Positions 18,979 to 28,197 of a stretch of 64,000 nt of DNA are shown in pieces. Source of the stretch: Candidatus Latescibacterota bacterium (GTDB lineage Bacteria > Latescibacterota > CBDEFO01); contig OZ252149.1 in the NCBI GenBank assembly GCA_965248755.1, forward strand, positions 978,295 to 1,042,294, read 5' to 3'. The stretch's first letter is position 1. Each line of letters begins with the position of its first letter. The translations under genes and the position numbers were made by a program. The notes under the pieces were generated by a model. It searched no databases, had not been told where the DNA came from, and was given only the letters and a program-made list of their open reading frames with translations.

Positions 18979-19332
18979 CGAACCCTCCTTACTTTTATAG
19001 GGTTACTACTTCATAAGAAATTCTTTTTTCTTCTACTAGAATATATACGTCTTCTCGATTTATCTTTAATCACCGACAGTATACGACAAGTTCAGTCCTT
19101 TGTCAAGACTTTTTTTGGTATTATTTTGATAATACCTATATATTTTACAAGTTGTTATATATGTCCAGTATTCTATAAATACTACAATAACTATATGTAA
19201 AAATAGACCATCCCTGCATTAGATTACTGCCCCTGTATGAGAGCAATCTTAGATGGACACTTTGTCGAACACTACCGGGAAATTATCTTCCAACCTGTTT
19301 CTCTTCCCTATAGTCTATCATCTTTTTCAGCA

Positions 19333-20760
19333 TCATATCCTGTCAGCCGTAGAAAGGAGGAACGACTCGATCTCCTCCCTGTATTCACACCCCTTCTTCG
19401 ATTCCCTGAATGTCGTAAGCCACGTTCTCATCTTTTTTGATCCCTCTGCTTTTCCGTTCAACTCGATCAGGCCCTGCAAGATGCCCTTGAACGCTCTAAA
19501 AGGTGTCATTACCCCGATGTGCAGAGCCTGTGCTTCCTCAGATTCCGCATCTGTCGCCTTTAACGTTATCAATCTATGAATAAATTCAGGAACGTCCACA
19601 CCGTCCTCGTAGCCCTTGACCATAGTCAACTTAACGCTGATTTCCCCCGCAGTGGTCTGACCACCTGTAGCCGAGTTCCGCCTGAAGACAAAATCCCCGC
19701 CGTTGATCCATAGCCCCTTGGACAGAATCGACCGCCCCTTTTCCGGATCGGAATAGATAGTCAAGATCTTGGCGATCTCCTCGCTTACGCTGCCCGAATC
19801 CTCCTCATCCAGCAACTCGTGATCATCCTTGCTGTGCCACACTATAAACCTATCACCATTTTCCGAATACTTCATGTGTAGCTCTTTATATCCATCCAGC
19901 CACTCTTCAGCCACAATCCCGATCTTGATAGATTCCTGGCTCCTTTTCGCTTGGGAAAACCCGAATAAGTAGGGCTGGGGCACATAGCTGCCATTTACGG
20001 CGTAGCATTCCGCAGCAGTCCGATACGCTCCGAGCAGCACATCGCTGCTTGGTTCGTTTTTGGCCGCGTGCAGGGCGAACTCTGCGTTCTGTTCCCTGTC
20101 CTTTAGCTCCACCCTTATATGAAAGACGCCTGTAAATTTCCCCTCAGCTATAGACTGCATCTCTACATCCCTAATGTCTTTAAGATCCACCCTCTCTCTG
20201 AGAAGGCACTCAAGAACATGCAGGAGATACCTCGCCCCGTCTCCGGACAGATGGCGATGGACCACAGCCCTCATCTGCTGCGGAGCGATCCCCTCTTCCA
20301 AATAGGCGTTGATGTCGAATCTCTCCTCTCCTCTATCAGGATAGAAGGGCTTAGATTTGAAAGCCACCTGCTCTCCACGGGCGTCAATTATTCTCCAATA
20401 TCGGCCTATTTCCATCTCAAACTGACGAATCTTGAGATAATCAGACGCCTTAAGAAACGCTGTAAAGGCTCCATAAGAGGCAAGCTGACCTAAACACTTC
20501 ATAACGCCCTGAATGCGCTCCTCTAACGTCTGATCTTTCAATAATATCAGCTTCTCGACAAGCTCTTTCTCTTTGCTGTTCGCCTTCAACCATCCATCCA
20601 GATATGAACTCCGTCCATCCGCTTCCGTTCCATTGAAGACATCTATGGCGTCTACCAGTAAGACGCTAATTGAGATCCAGGGGTCCATGTCGGGGTTGAT
20701 CCCCATGAGACGATCATATAATGGATGTTGTCTGATGAAGCGATCCATGTAGCCTCGCAT
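19333..20760 (-). CDS. hypothetical cytoplasmic protein (475 aa), no recognisable domain, immediately downstream of the ABC permease
   Basis: No signal peptide or TM; no motif I can assign. Confidence 0.45.
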   Translation of the reverse strand: MRGYMDRFIRQHPLYDRLMGINPDMDPWISISVLLVDAIDVFNGTEADGRSSYLDGWLKANSKEKELVEKLILLKDQTLEERIQGVMKCLGQLASYGAFTAFLKASDYLKIRQFEMEIGRYWRIIDARGEQVAFKSKPFYPDRGEERFDINAYLEEGIAPQQMRAVVHRHLSGDGARYLLHVLECLLRERVDLKDIRDVEMQSIAEGKFTGVFHIRVELKDREQNAEFALHAAKNEPSSDVLLGAYRTAAECYAVNGSYVPQPYLFGFSQAKRSQESIKIGIVAEEWLDGYKELHMKYSENGDRFIVWHSKDDHELLDEEDSGSVSEEIAKILTIYSDPEKGRSILSKGLWINGGDFVFRRNSATGGQTTAGEISVKLTMVKGYEDGVDVPEFIHRLITLKATDAESEEAQALHIGVMTPFRAFKGILQGLIELNGKAEGSKKMRTWLTTFRESKKGCEYREEIESFLLSTADRI

Positions 20761-20800
20761 CTTCCCGTGGAAACGGGAATCCAGCCTTATTATTTCACAA

Positions 20801-21811
20801 TCACTGCATCCTTACCCTGGGATCAGTTAGTGCGAGCAGAATATCCGCCAGCAGATTCCCGGCTATCAACAGCATAGCCCCCATGGTCAGACTCCCCATT
20901 ACCAAGAACATATCCTGACTCAACACAGCATCCAGGATAAGCTTTCCGAGTCCCGGCCACGAGACGATAGCCTCCGTTATTCCCGCTCCGGATAATAGAC
21001 CCGATATTTGATACCCGAATATGGTCACAAAGGGATTTATGGCGTTCCTGAGAGCGTGCTTGTAGATGACGATCTTCTCCGACAGCCCCTTGCTCCTGGC
21101 TGTGGTCACAAAGTTCTCCTTCAACGCCTCAAGCATGTAGCCCCGCATCAATCTCACCAGCCCCGCCATTCCCCCTGTGCCCAGAACTACCGTAGGAATT
21201 ATAAGATAATGCAGCCTTTGCAGGATCTTCCCGAAGGCGCTGAAAGAATCGTAGTCCGAGCCGTACAGTCCCCCTATGGGGAACCATCCCGTCACAGATG
21301 CGATATAGAGGAGAATGAAAGCCAGAAAGAAATTGGGCACCGACATGCCAAAGAAGGCTAAAAAGGAGAGGATCCTGTCCATCCACGTATGCTGATGAAC
21401 CGCAGAGTAGATCCCTATCGGGATAGCCAGACCCCACGAGAAGACCATCGCACAGAGGGACAGGATCAAAGTGTTTACTAAACGTCCCTTTATCAGGGTA
21501 GATACAGGAACGTGGTATGTGAAGGAATAGCCAAAGTTGAGCTTAGGCCGTATAATCGGAATGCCCCATACCCTATCTACTATTGGAACTAAAATCTCCT
21601 TGAGCCATCTGACATACTGTACATAGACAGGCTTATCCAGGGCAAATTCCGCCTCCATCTGCCTTATCGTCTCCTCCTTGATCTCGGGATTCATCTTCAA
21701 CTGCGTAAAGTAATTGCCCGGCGCAAGCTGGAGGATCAAAAACGAAAGCAGAGTTATCCCGAACAGAAGGGGGATCGTATGGAGCAGGCGTCTTGCTATG
21801 TACCCGATCAT
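20801..21811 (-). CDS. ABC transporter permease, oligopeptide/dipeptide (OppB/DppB) family
   Basis: N-terminal MIGYIARRLLHTIPLLFGITLLSFLIL..APGN.. and the EAA-loop region of binding-protein-dependent permeases. Confidence 0.85.
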   Translation of the reverse strand: MIGYIARRLLHTIPLLFGITLLSFLILQLAPGNYFTQLKMNPEIKEETIRQMEAEFALDKPVYVQYVRWLKEILVPIVDRVWGIPIIRPKLNFGYSFTYHVPVSTLIKGRLVNTLILSLCAMVFSWGLAIPIGIYSAVHQHTWMDRILSFLAFFGMSVPNFFLAFILLYIASVTGWFPIGGLYGSDYDSFSAFGKILQRLHYLIIPTVVLGTGGMAGLVRLMRGYMLEALKENFVTTARSKGLSEKIVIYKHALRNAINPFVTIFGYQISGLLSGAGITEAIVSWPGLGKLILDAVLSQDMFLVMGSLTMGAMLLIAGNLLADILLALTDPRVRMQ

Positions 21812-21844
21812 ATTTGACTACCGAATAAGTTGGTAGAACAGACA

Positions 21845-22030
21845 TTTTTGTCTGTTCAGTAGACAGGTGAGATTGCTTTGTCAGACAGGAATGTCTGACC
21901 CACCAGGTTTCACCCCTTGCGATGACTGAAGGCCAAAGCCAAGCAACGTCATTGCAAGCAACCTCCGATTGAATCTATCGGGGGGAAGCAATTTACGTTA
22001 GACTGCCTCTCCTCCCTGTATGCTGTTTAC
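21845..22030. repeat. Composite MITE-like repeat (family C arms + family A + family B hairpin) between permease start and SBP stop
   Basis: CAGTAGACAGG..GAGATTGCTTTG..CCCCTTGCGATGACTGAAGGCCAAAGCCAAGCAACGTCATTGCAAGC..CCTCCGATTGAATCTATCGGGGGG..CTGTATGCTGTTTACTATATGCTGTCTACTG. Its right arm overlaps the last codons (..KTVDSI*) of 22030..23817. Confidence 0.6.
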
Positions 22031-23817
22031 TATATGCTGTCTACTGTTTTGATGAATATCTCCTCGATATTATGCAGATAGCCGCCGTATGCCGTCGGCT
22101 TCAGATTTCCAAATTTGTTTCTAACCGCCATCAAGCTGGCGGGACTAGCTGTGTAGATCATCGGAAGTTGCTCTGACACTATCACCTGCCAGTGATCGTA
22201 AAGCTCTTTCCTCTTATCTTCATCTAACTCGACGGCTCCTTTTTCGAAGATCTCATCTATCTCTTTTTCCCACTCTGTCTCAGGGGAGTCTTGCTTTGGA
22301 TTCCACATGTGCAGATGGCCGCTTGAGTGCCAGACATTTTTGCCACCGTGAGGCTCAATACCTCCCGTCAGACCAAGGATTATGGCGTCGAAGTCGAACG
22401 TGGCGTCTATACGGATCACTAACGAATTGAAAAGGATAGCGGCGTAGTTCACCTTCATACCTATCTTCTTGAGATCGTCCTGTATTATCAGTGCGATGTC
22501 CTCTCTGACCTGATTCCCGCTGTTAGTCAAAAGGTTGAATTCAACTGTGTTTCCATCTTCATCCTCTATCCATCCATCGCCGTCCCTGTCCTCATATCCC
22601 GCCTCTTCAAGGATAGCTTTAGCCTTTGAAAGATCGTATTCATATTTCTTCGTGTTGGGATTAGAGAAGAACTTCGCGGCCTCCGACACAGGGGAGTCCT
22701 GAGGATAGCCTAGGCCGTTCATCACGCTTGAAATTACCGTCTCCTTATCCACAGCGTGAGCCACAGCCCTGCGGAAGTTTATATCAGTAAACCACTTCAG
22801 TTTATGAGGCTGGACAAACCACTCTCCTTCATTATCCCTCCTTGAATTGTGATTGAAAAACACAAAGTTGGAGCCGAACGTGGGTCCTGCGTTGTAAATG
22901 GTGAAATTACCCTCCTGTTCCTTCGGCTTTAGTAGAGGAAAATCCTGACCCCTTAACCGCAATCCATCTAGCTCCCCCGCCTGAAACTTCAACACCTGTA
23001 TAGCCTGATTCGGAACGGTAAGGATCACTATTTGATCTAAATAAGGGAGTCTGTTCCCTTTTGTATCTTTCTTCCAGTAATTTGGGTTCCTCTCCAATAT
23101 CACGTGCTGACCGGGCTTGAACTCCTTTAACTTGAACGGACCTGTCCCTATTATCTGAGATGGGGGGGTGTCTATCCCCCAGGTGGAGTTGAATCTCCCC
23201 TCCTCGACCGACTTTTCGAGAACATGCTGTGGCATTATCTCCGTGCCGATAGACCTCAGAAAAGGAGCAAAGGGTTTAGGAGTCGTTATTCTCACCGTAT
23301 AGTCGTCCACCTTTTCGACCTTAAAGAACTCCCCCTCAATGTTGAGAATGTCCCTTGCACTTGTAGGAATGTCCTCATTGTATATCAAACTGTTGAACGT
23401 AAATACCACGTCATCCGCAGTCAGCGGCTCCCCGTCGAACCACTCAACGTCTCTCCTTAAATGAAACGTCCAGGTCTTCTTATCCTCCGCCACCTCCCAC
23501 GACTCCGCAAGGGAAGGCTCAACCTCCGTAGTTACCCCATCCACAGTCGTAAGCCCCTCAAACATATAACCCGTGATGCCGGTGGTCGAGGTCTCCTTAG
23601 CTATTACTGCATTAAAAGACTTGGGATCAGAGATAGTTGAGTAGGTAATCTTCCCTCTATATCTCCCAATCTGTGTCTTTAGCATCTCCTGCTCTGTCGT
23701 CTTTTTGTCAGAACGTTCGCTGCTAACTGCCCCTTTCGATGCCTCCTTGTCTGTTCCTGAGCACGATAGGAGGACAACATACCAGAATAATGCAAAAATC
23801 AAATATCTGAAGCTCAT
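22030..23817 (-). CDS. ABC transporter substrate-binding protein, family 5 (OppA/DppA-like), lipoprotein
   Basis: 595 aa; lipobox-like LLSCSG; SBP_bac_5 architecture. Confidence 0.85.
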   Translation of the reverse strand: MSFRYLIFALFWYVVLLSCSGTDKEASKGAVSSERSDKKTTEQEMLKTQIGRYRGKITYSTISDPKSFNAVIAKETSTTGITGYMFEGLTTVDGVTTEVEPSLAESWEVAEDKKTWTFHLRRDVEWFDGEPLTADDVVFTFNSLIYNEDIPTSARDILNIEGEFFKVEKVDDYTVRITTPKPFAPFLRSIGTEIMPQHVLEKSVEEGRFNSTWGIDTPPSQIIGTGPFKLKEFKPGQHVILERNPNYWKKDTKGNRLPYLDQIVILTVPNQAIQVLKFQAGELDGLRLRGQDFPLLKPKEQEGNFTIYNAGPTFGSNFVFFNHNSRRDNEGEWFVQPHKLKWFTDINFRRAVAHAVDKETVISSVMNGLGYPQDSPVSEAAKFFSNPNTKKYEYDLSKAKAILEEAGYEDRDGDGWIEDEDGNTVEFNLLTNSGNQVREDIALIIQDDLKKIGMKVNYAAILFNSLVIRIDATFDFDAIILGLTGGIEPHGGKNVWHSSGHLHMWNPKQDSPETEWEKEIDEIFEKGAVELDEDKRKELYDHWQVIVSEQLPMIYTASPASLMAVRNKFGNLKPTAYGGYLHNIEEIFIKTVDSI

Positions 23818-23848
23818 TTTATCGTATCTCCGCTACGCTGTATTTCGT

Positions 23849-24811
23849 TCAATCTATAAGGCAATCTGAATTTCGTGATTCAGACTGCGGCTGAAGCCCT
23901 GCGGGAGTCCGCTGTAAATTCCACTTCTGGCTTCCATATTTTTTGGAGGACAGGATCTCAGCCACTTGGAACTCATCTGACGTAGGCTCTTCACATATCA
24001 TCTCAACATCCAGATGCTCTTCAAAGCCCCTCTTAAGGGCGCAGCCAAGCTGATCGAAACCTATCCGGGAAGATGAAATCTCAGAGAGACTAACTGTCGT
24101 TCTGTCCAGTTCCTCTTTTAGATCTGTTTTGAACTTATCAGAATCCCTCCGGAGAATCTCCGATATAGCCTTGTGAGCAGGTCCCATCAATATAGAACCG
24201 TGTTGAAGCATTGTATTTTTTACTCTTCGCTGTGCGCTCCCCACAAGCTTCCTGCCCCCAACTGTAATCTCATATTTAGAGGCACTGGCAAAACAGGCTG
24301 TGCGTCCACTGCGAAACGATGTCACCATATTCCTGCGGCCTGAAGAACTCACACATTCGAACTCGGCCGGTATTCCTATACTTCTAAGAGCCAAGAGCAG
24401 ACACTGGCTTATCACTTTATAGACGCTCTCTAAGCTTCCCTCTATGCGGTGATGGTCTTTAAAGGGTCCGCCAAAACGTATCGAACAACTTTGTCCTATA
24501 TGACCGCTTGGGGAAAGAGGGGCGATAACACTGTACGTAAGTTCCTCCCAGTGTAAGACAGCCCTTCCACCCGTTATCCGTCTAACTATGTCTATCCCCA
24601 TCTTTTTGCATCTTTCTAACTCGATCTTTCTGTCCACAGGCTGAGCGTACCCGAAGGACACGGCCGGAGGGTTCCATCTATAGACGCGAAGGGTCGGAGG
24701 AGATTTGCCCTTCCGCACCGAGCTCAGGATCGCCTCATCTAAAGCCATATTAAAAAAGGCGTCTCCCGGACCTGTATTTAGGAAACGCCATCTGTTATCT
24801 TTACCATCCAC
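23849..24811 (-). CDS. lipoate-protein ligase / octanoyltransferase family protein (BPL_LplA_LipB domain)
   Basis: ..FFNMALDEAILSSVRKGKSPPTLRVYRWNPPAVSFGYAQ.. and ..RKLVGSAQRR.. (Lys-containing active site region) typical of LplA/LipB-like enzymes. Confidence 0.7.
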   Translation of the reverse strand: MDGKDNRWRFLNTGPGDAFFNMALDEAILSSVRKGKSPPTLRVYRWNPPAVSFGYAQPVDRKIELERCKKMGIDIVRRITGGRAVLHWEELTYSVIAPLSPSGHIGQSCSIRFGGPFKDHHRIEGSLESVYKVISQCLLLALRSIGIPAEFECVSSSGRRNMVTSFRSGRTACFASASKYEITVGGRKLVGSAQRRVKNTMLQHGSILMGPAHKAISEILRRDSDKFKTDLKEELDRTTVSLSEISSSRIGFDQLGCALKRGFEEHLDVEMICEEPTSDEFQVAEILSSKKYGSQKWNLQRTPAGLQPQSESRNSDCLID

Positions 24812-24814
24812 TGT

Positions 24815-24885
24815 TGAGCAGGCAGTAGACAGGGGAATCCCTCCTATCCCTCTATGCTGTCTATCGTTTGCCGTCTACTGTACAT
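24815..24885. repeat. Palindromic family C unit (AGTAGACAGGGGAATCCCTCC..CTATGCTGTCTATCGTTTGCCGTCTACTG)
   Basis: Inverted TAGACAG arms around a CCCTCC-rich centre; between lipoate ligase start and rnc stop. Confidence 0.55.
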
Positions 24886-24898
24886 TAAAGAGGTTCTA

Positions 24899-25690
24899 TT
24901 ATTGGCCATCAGATTCTTTGAAAGCCCCCAATTTCTTGAGAGCCTCTTTGGCCGCTCTTTGCTCGGCCTGTTTTTTGCTTTTGCCTGTCCCTTTTCCCAG
25001 GCCTGTGCTCTCAAGGCTCACCTCGATCGTAAAGATCTTTTGGTGATCTGGTCCCTCCTCAGAGTTGACGCTGTATTCGGGCTGCCCGCGCCCATTTTTT
25101 TGAGCGTGCTCCAGAAGAGAGCTCTTGAAATTGACGTATTTGTCGTCAGAAGCGATCTCTTGGATCTTGCTGAGTATCTGGTTTGAAATAAATCGTCGAG
25201 CGCTGTCCAATCCCCCGTCTGTGTATATAGCCCCGAGTAGGGCCTCGTAGGCATCGCTTATTATTGAAGTTCTCTCTCTCCCGCCTGATGCTTCCTCTTC
25301 AGGGCTTAACAGTACGTAGGCTCCAAGATTTATCTTTCTTGCCTTGCGTGCCAGGATAGTTTTGCTCACCATCAAAGACTTTATCTGAGTTAGCTCTCCT
25401 TCGCGCTTTTGAGGGAAATTCTGATGGAGATATTCTGTGACGACCAGGTTCAGCACTGCATCCCCTAGAAACTCCAGCCTCTCATTGGAATCTATGCCGT
25501 CTTCCTCCTTGAAGTAGACATACGAGCGGTGCTTCAAGGATCGAATCAAGAGACCTATATCCTGAAACTGATAATCTATAATCGTCTGTACATCAAAAAG
25601 CATAGCCTCAAGATCTTTCTCATCCAGGGAAAACTTCCTCAGAATACCCCTGGGGATTATCCTCTTGAGCGATCGTATTAAATTCATCAC
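24899..25690 (-). CDS. rnc: ribonuclease III
   Basis: ERLEFLGDAVLNLVVTEYL RNase III signature plus C-terminal dsRBD (..KSKKQAEQRAAKEALKKL). Confidence 0.9.
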   Translation of the reverse strand: MMNLIRSLKRIIPRGILRKFSLDEKDLEAMLFDVQTIIDYQFQDIGLLIRSLKHRSYVYFKEEDGIDSNERLEFLGDAVLNLVVTEYLHQNFPQKREGELTQIKSLMVSKTILARKARKINLGAYVLLSPEEEASGGRERTSIISDAYEALLGAIYTDGGLDSARRFISNQILSKIQEIASDDKYVNFKSSLLEHAQKNGRGQPEYSVNSEEGPDHQKIFTIEVSLESTGLGKGTGKSKKQAEQRAAKEALKKLGAFKESDGQ

Positions 25691-25768
25691 GTAAGCACAA
25701 CCACGCAGGGCATAGAATCGAGGTCGGTCGTCACGAAGGTTCTGGCGGCTGTGACTTGGCCTTTAACT

Positions 25769-27022
25769 CTAACCTTTCTCATTCTTGAACCGCCCTACAG
25801 CGATCACCGCGTTGTGTCCGCCAAATCCGAAGGAATTGTTCAAAGCCACCTTTACATCCAAAGATCTGGCCTTGTTCGGCACATAATCAAGGTCGCAGTC
25901 AGGGTCTCTATATTCATGATTGATTGTGGGAGGCACAATTGAGTGGTAGATGGACAATGCGCAGGCTATCATCTCAACTGCGCCTGAGGCTCCTAAAAGA
26001 TGACCCGTCATCGATTTTGTGGAACTTGCAGCAAGCTTGTAAGCGTGTTCCCTAAATAGCATCTTTATCGCCTTGGTCTCGTTCCTGTCCCCTACGTCGG
26101 TCGACGTCCCGTGTGTGTTGATGTAATCCACGTCCTCAGGCGAAAGTCCAGCGTCCTCTATGGCCAGCTTCATCGCCCGTGCTCCGCCCTCGCCGTCGGG
26201 AGCCATCGCCGTTTCGTGATAAGCATCAGCCGTAAACCCTATCCCTAGGATCTCTCCGTAGATCGTGGCTCCTCTCCCTACTGCGTGCTCCAGACTCTCA
26301 AGGATCATAGTCCCTGCTCCCTCTCCTATCACGAAACCGTCCCTTTGGGAATCGAATGGCCTGCTGGCTTTCTGGGGCTCATCGTTCCTGGTAGACAGGG
26401 CCCTCATTGCCGCGAAGCCCCCTACTCCCATTGGAGTTACCGCCGCTTCGGCTCCTCCCGTTATCATCACGTCTGCCTCTCCTCTTTTGATTGTCCTGAA
26501 GGAATCACCTATGGCGTGAGCCGCAGATGAGCAGGCCGACGTAGTTGTGTAGTTTACACCCTTGGCTCCTAACAATATGGAGATCATCCCGGATGACATA
26601 TCTGATATGAGCATGGGGATGAAAAACGGGCTTATTCTCCTTGGCCCTTTTTCCAGGAAATTGCAGTGTTGCTTCTCCAGGGTTGTGATCCCGCCAATTC
26701 CCGATCCGTAGATTACGCCAACTCTTTCCGGGTTATTTCCTCTTATATCGAGCTTTGCGTCCTCCACAGCATCTAAAGCGGAGCAGACAGCATACTGGGT
26801 GAAGGGATCCATTCTCCGTGCGCGTTTCTTATCCAGATAGAGATGAGGATCAAATTCCTTAAGTTCACCGGCGATCTTGGATGGGTATTCCGAAGTGTCG
26901 AACTTGGTGATCTTATCTATCCCGCTTACACCCCCACAGATGGACTTCCAGAACTCATCAACAGAAAGACCATTAGGCGCAAGTACACCCATGCCTGTTA
27001 TTACCACTCTCTTGGGATCCAA
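25769..27022 (-). CDS. fabF: 3-oxoacyl-ACP synthase II
   Basis: MDPKRVVITGMGVLAPNG..; active-site Cys (TTSACSS), two His and Lys of KAS II; 417 aa. Confidence 0.95.
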   Translation of the reverse strand: MDPKRVVITGMGVLAPNGLSVDEFWKSICGGVSGIDKITKFDTSEYPSKIAGELKEFDPHLYLDKKRARRMDPFTQYAVCSALDAVEDAKLDIRGNNPERVGVIYGSGIGGITTLEKQHCNFLEKGPRRISPFFIPMLISDMSSGMISILLGAKGVNYTTTSACSSAAHAIGDSFRTIKRGEADVMITGGAEAAVTPMGVGGFAAMRALSTRNDEPQKASRPFDSQRDGFVIGEGAGTMILESLEHAVGRGATIYGEILGIGFTADAYHETAMAPDGEGGARAMKLAIEDAGLSPEDVDYINTHGTSTDVGDRNETKAIKMLFREHAYKLAASSTKSMTGHLLGASGAVEMIACALSIYHSIVPPTINHEYRDPDCDLDYVPNKARSLDVKVALNNSFGFGGHNAVIAVGRFKNEKG

Positions 27023-27134
27023 AGTCCTCTCCCCTTAGAACAGGTAGACACTAGATAGTAGCAAGAGCACCTCCTGCCCTTCTCTAGGGCACCTCCTGCC
27101 CCTTTCTACTATTAGCTGGCTACTGATCTGGCCG

Positions 27135-27365
27135 TCAATGGCTCTCTAAATACCCTATCGCATCTCCTACAGTTACCATTTTCTCAGCGTCCTCGTCGGG
27201 TATTTCCAAGTCAAACTCCTCCTCAAACGCCATTACTAATTCCACCGTATCCAGTGAATCTGCTCCAAGATCGTCGATAAAGGATGCATCTTCTGCGACC
27301 TGTTCGGGGCTTACGCCTAATTGTTCAACCACAAGATCCACTATTTTTTCCTTAATCGACGCCAT
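27135..27365 (-). CDS. acpP: acyl carrier protein
   Basis: [20 protein letters not shown] phosphopantetheine attachment site; 76 aa. Confidence 0.95.
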   Translation of the reverse strand: MASIKEKIVDLVVEQLGVSPEQVAEDASFIDDLGADSLDTVELVMAFEEEFDLEIPDEDAEKMVTVGDAIGYLESH

Positions 27366-27384
27366 AGGTCCCTCCTTTTAAAAT

Positions 27385-27450
27385 TAGTAGACAGAGACCG
27401 GGCATCCTCTCCTCCGACCTGCTATCTACCTATCTACTGTTTACATAATC
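27385..27450. repeat. Family C inverted unit pair (TAGTAGACAGAGACC..GCTATCTACCTATCTACTGTTTACAT) between acpP and fabG
   Basis: Same TAGACAG arm motif as other sites. Confidence 0.5.
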
Positions 27451-28196
27451 ATCCCGCCGTCCACGTTTATCACCTGCCCTGTTATATACGACGAACCCTC
27501 TGACGCCAAGAATGCCACCACCTCAGCTACATCTTCCGGCTTTCCTGGACGCCCAATCGGTATCTTATCTATAAAAGACTTATTAACTTCCTCGGGGAGA
27601 CAAGAGGTCATTCTGGTCTCTATATGTCCGGGCGCAACAGCATTTGCTGTGATGCCCCTTGTTGCAACCTCCTTAGCTGTGGTCTTGGTAAGACCTATAA
27701 TCCCCGCTTTTGACGCTACATAGTTGGACTGTCCGGGATTCCCGGAAAGTCCAACGACAGAAGTTATATTTATTATCCTGCCGTACTTAGCCCTCATCAT
27801 CTGTTTCAGGGACGCCTTGGTGCAGCTGAAAGCCCCTTTGAGATTAACATCGATTACCCTATCCCAATCCTCTTCCTTCATCCTCACTATCAGACTGTCG
27901 CTTGTAATTCCTGCATTGTTTACAAGTATGTGAAGTCCACCGAGCGCCTCAACACTCCTTTCTACAAACTCTCCTACCTGCTGGGGATCCGATACGTCCA
28001 CCTGCATAGCCAGAGAATTTACACCTACAGATCTTATCTCTAAAGACACCTGTTGAGCCTTATCCACACTCTGGCTTGAGCATACTGCTACATCTGCACC
28101 CTCCTTAGATAGCCGGATCGCCACAGCTTTGCCTATCCCCATGGAACCACCTGTGACTATAGCCTTTTTGCCTTTCAATCTATCCTTGCATATCAT
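27441..28196 (-). CDS. fabG: 3-oxoacyl-ACP reductase
   Basis: TGGSMGIGKA NAD(P)-binding motif; SDR catalytic Y..K (..YVASKAG..). Confidence 0.9.
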   Translation of the reverse strand: MICKDRLKGKKAIVTGGSMGIGKAVAIRLSKEGADVAVCSSQSVDKAQQVSLEIRSVGVNSLAMQVDVSDPQQVGEFVERSVEALGGLHILVNNAGITSDSLIVRMKEEDWDRVIDVNLKGAFSCTKASLKQMMRAKYGRIINITSVVGLSGNPGQSNYVASKAGIIGLTKTTAKEVATRGITANAVAPGHIETRMTSCLPEEVNKSFIDKIPIGRPGKPEDVAEVVAFLASEGSSYITGQVINVDGGMIM

Positions 28197-28197
28197 C

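Noticed and set aside
19253-19579. Short plus-strand ORFs (67 and 108 aa) overlapping the 3' end of 19333..20760
   Set aside because: They are antisense to a long, well-supported ORF, have no motifs and have low-complexity composition. Treated as spurious, like other short antisense ORFs throughout (e.g. 28400..29110 antisense to fabD, 26265..26530 antisense to fabF).
23161-23170. Shorter homopolymers (G7 at 23164-23170 in the SBP gene, G7 at about 43327-43333, T7 at about 25105)
   Set aside because: Tract lengths of 7 are common by chance and all are in-frame. Only the G10 tract at 40922-40931 was considered long enough to flag as a potential phase-variation site.
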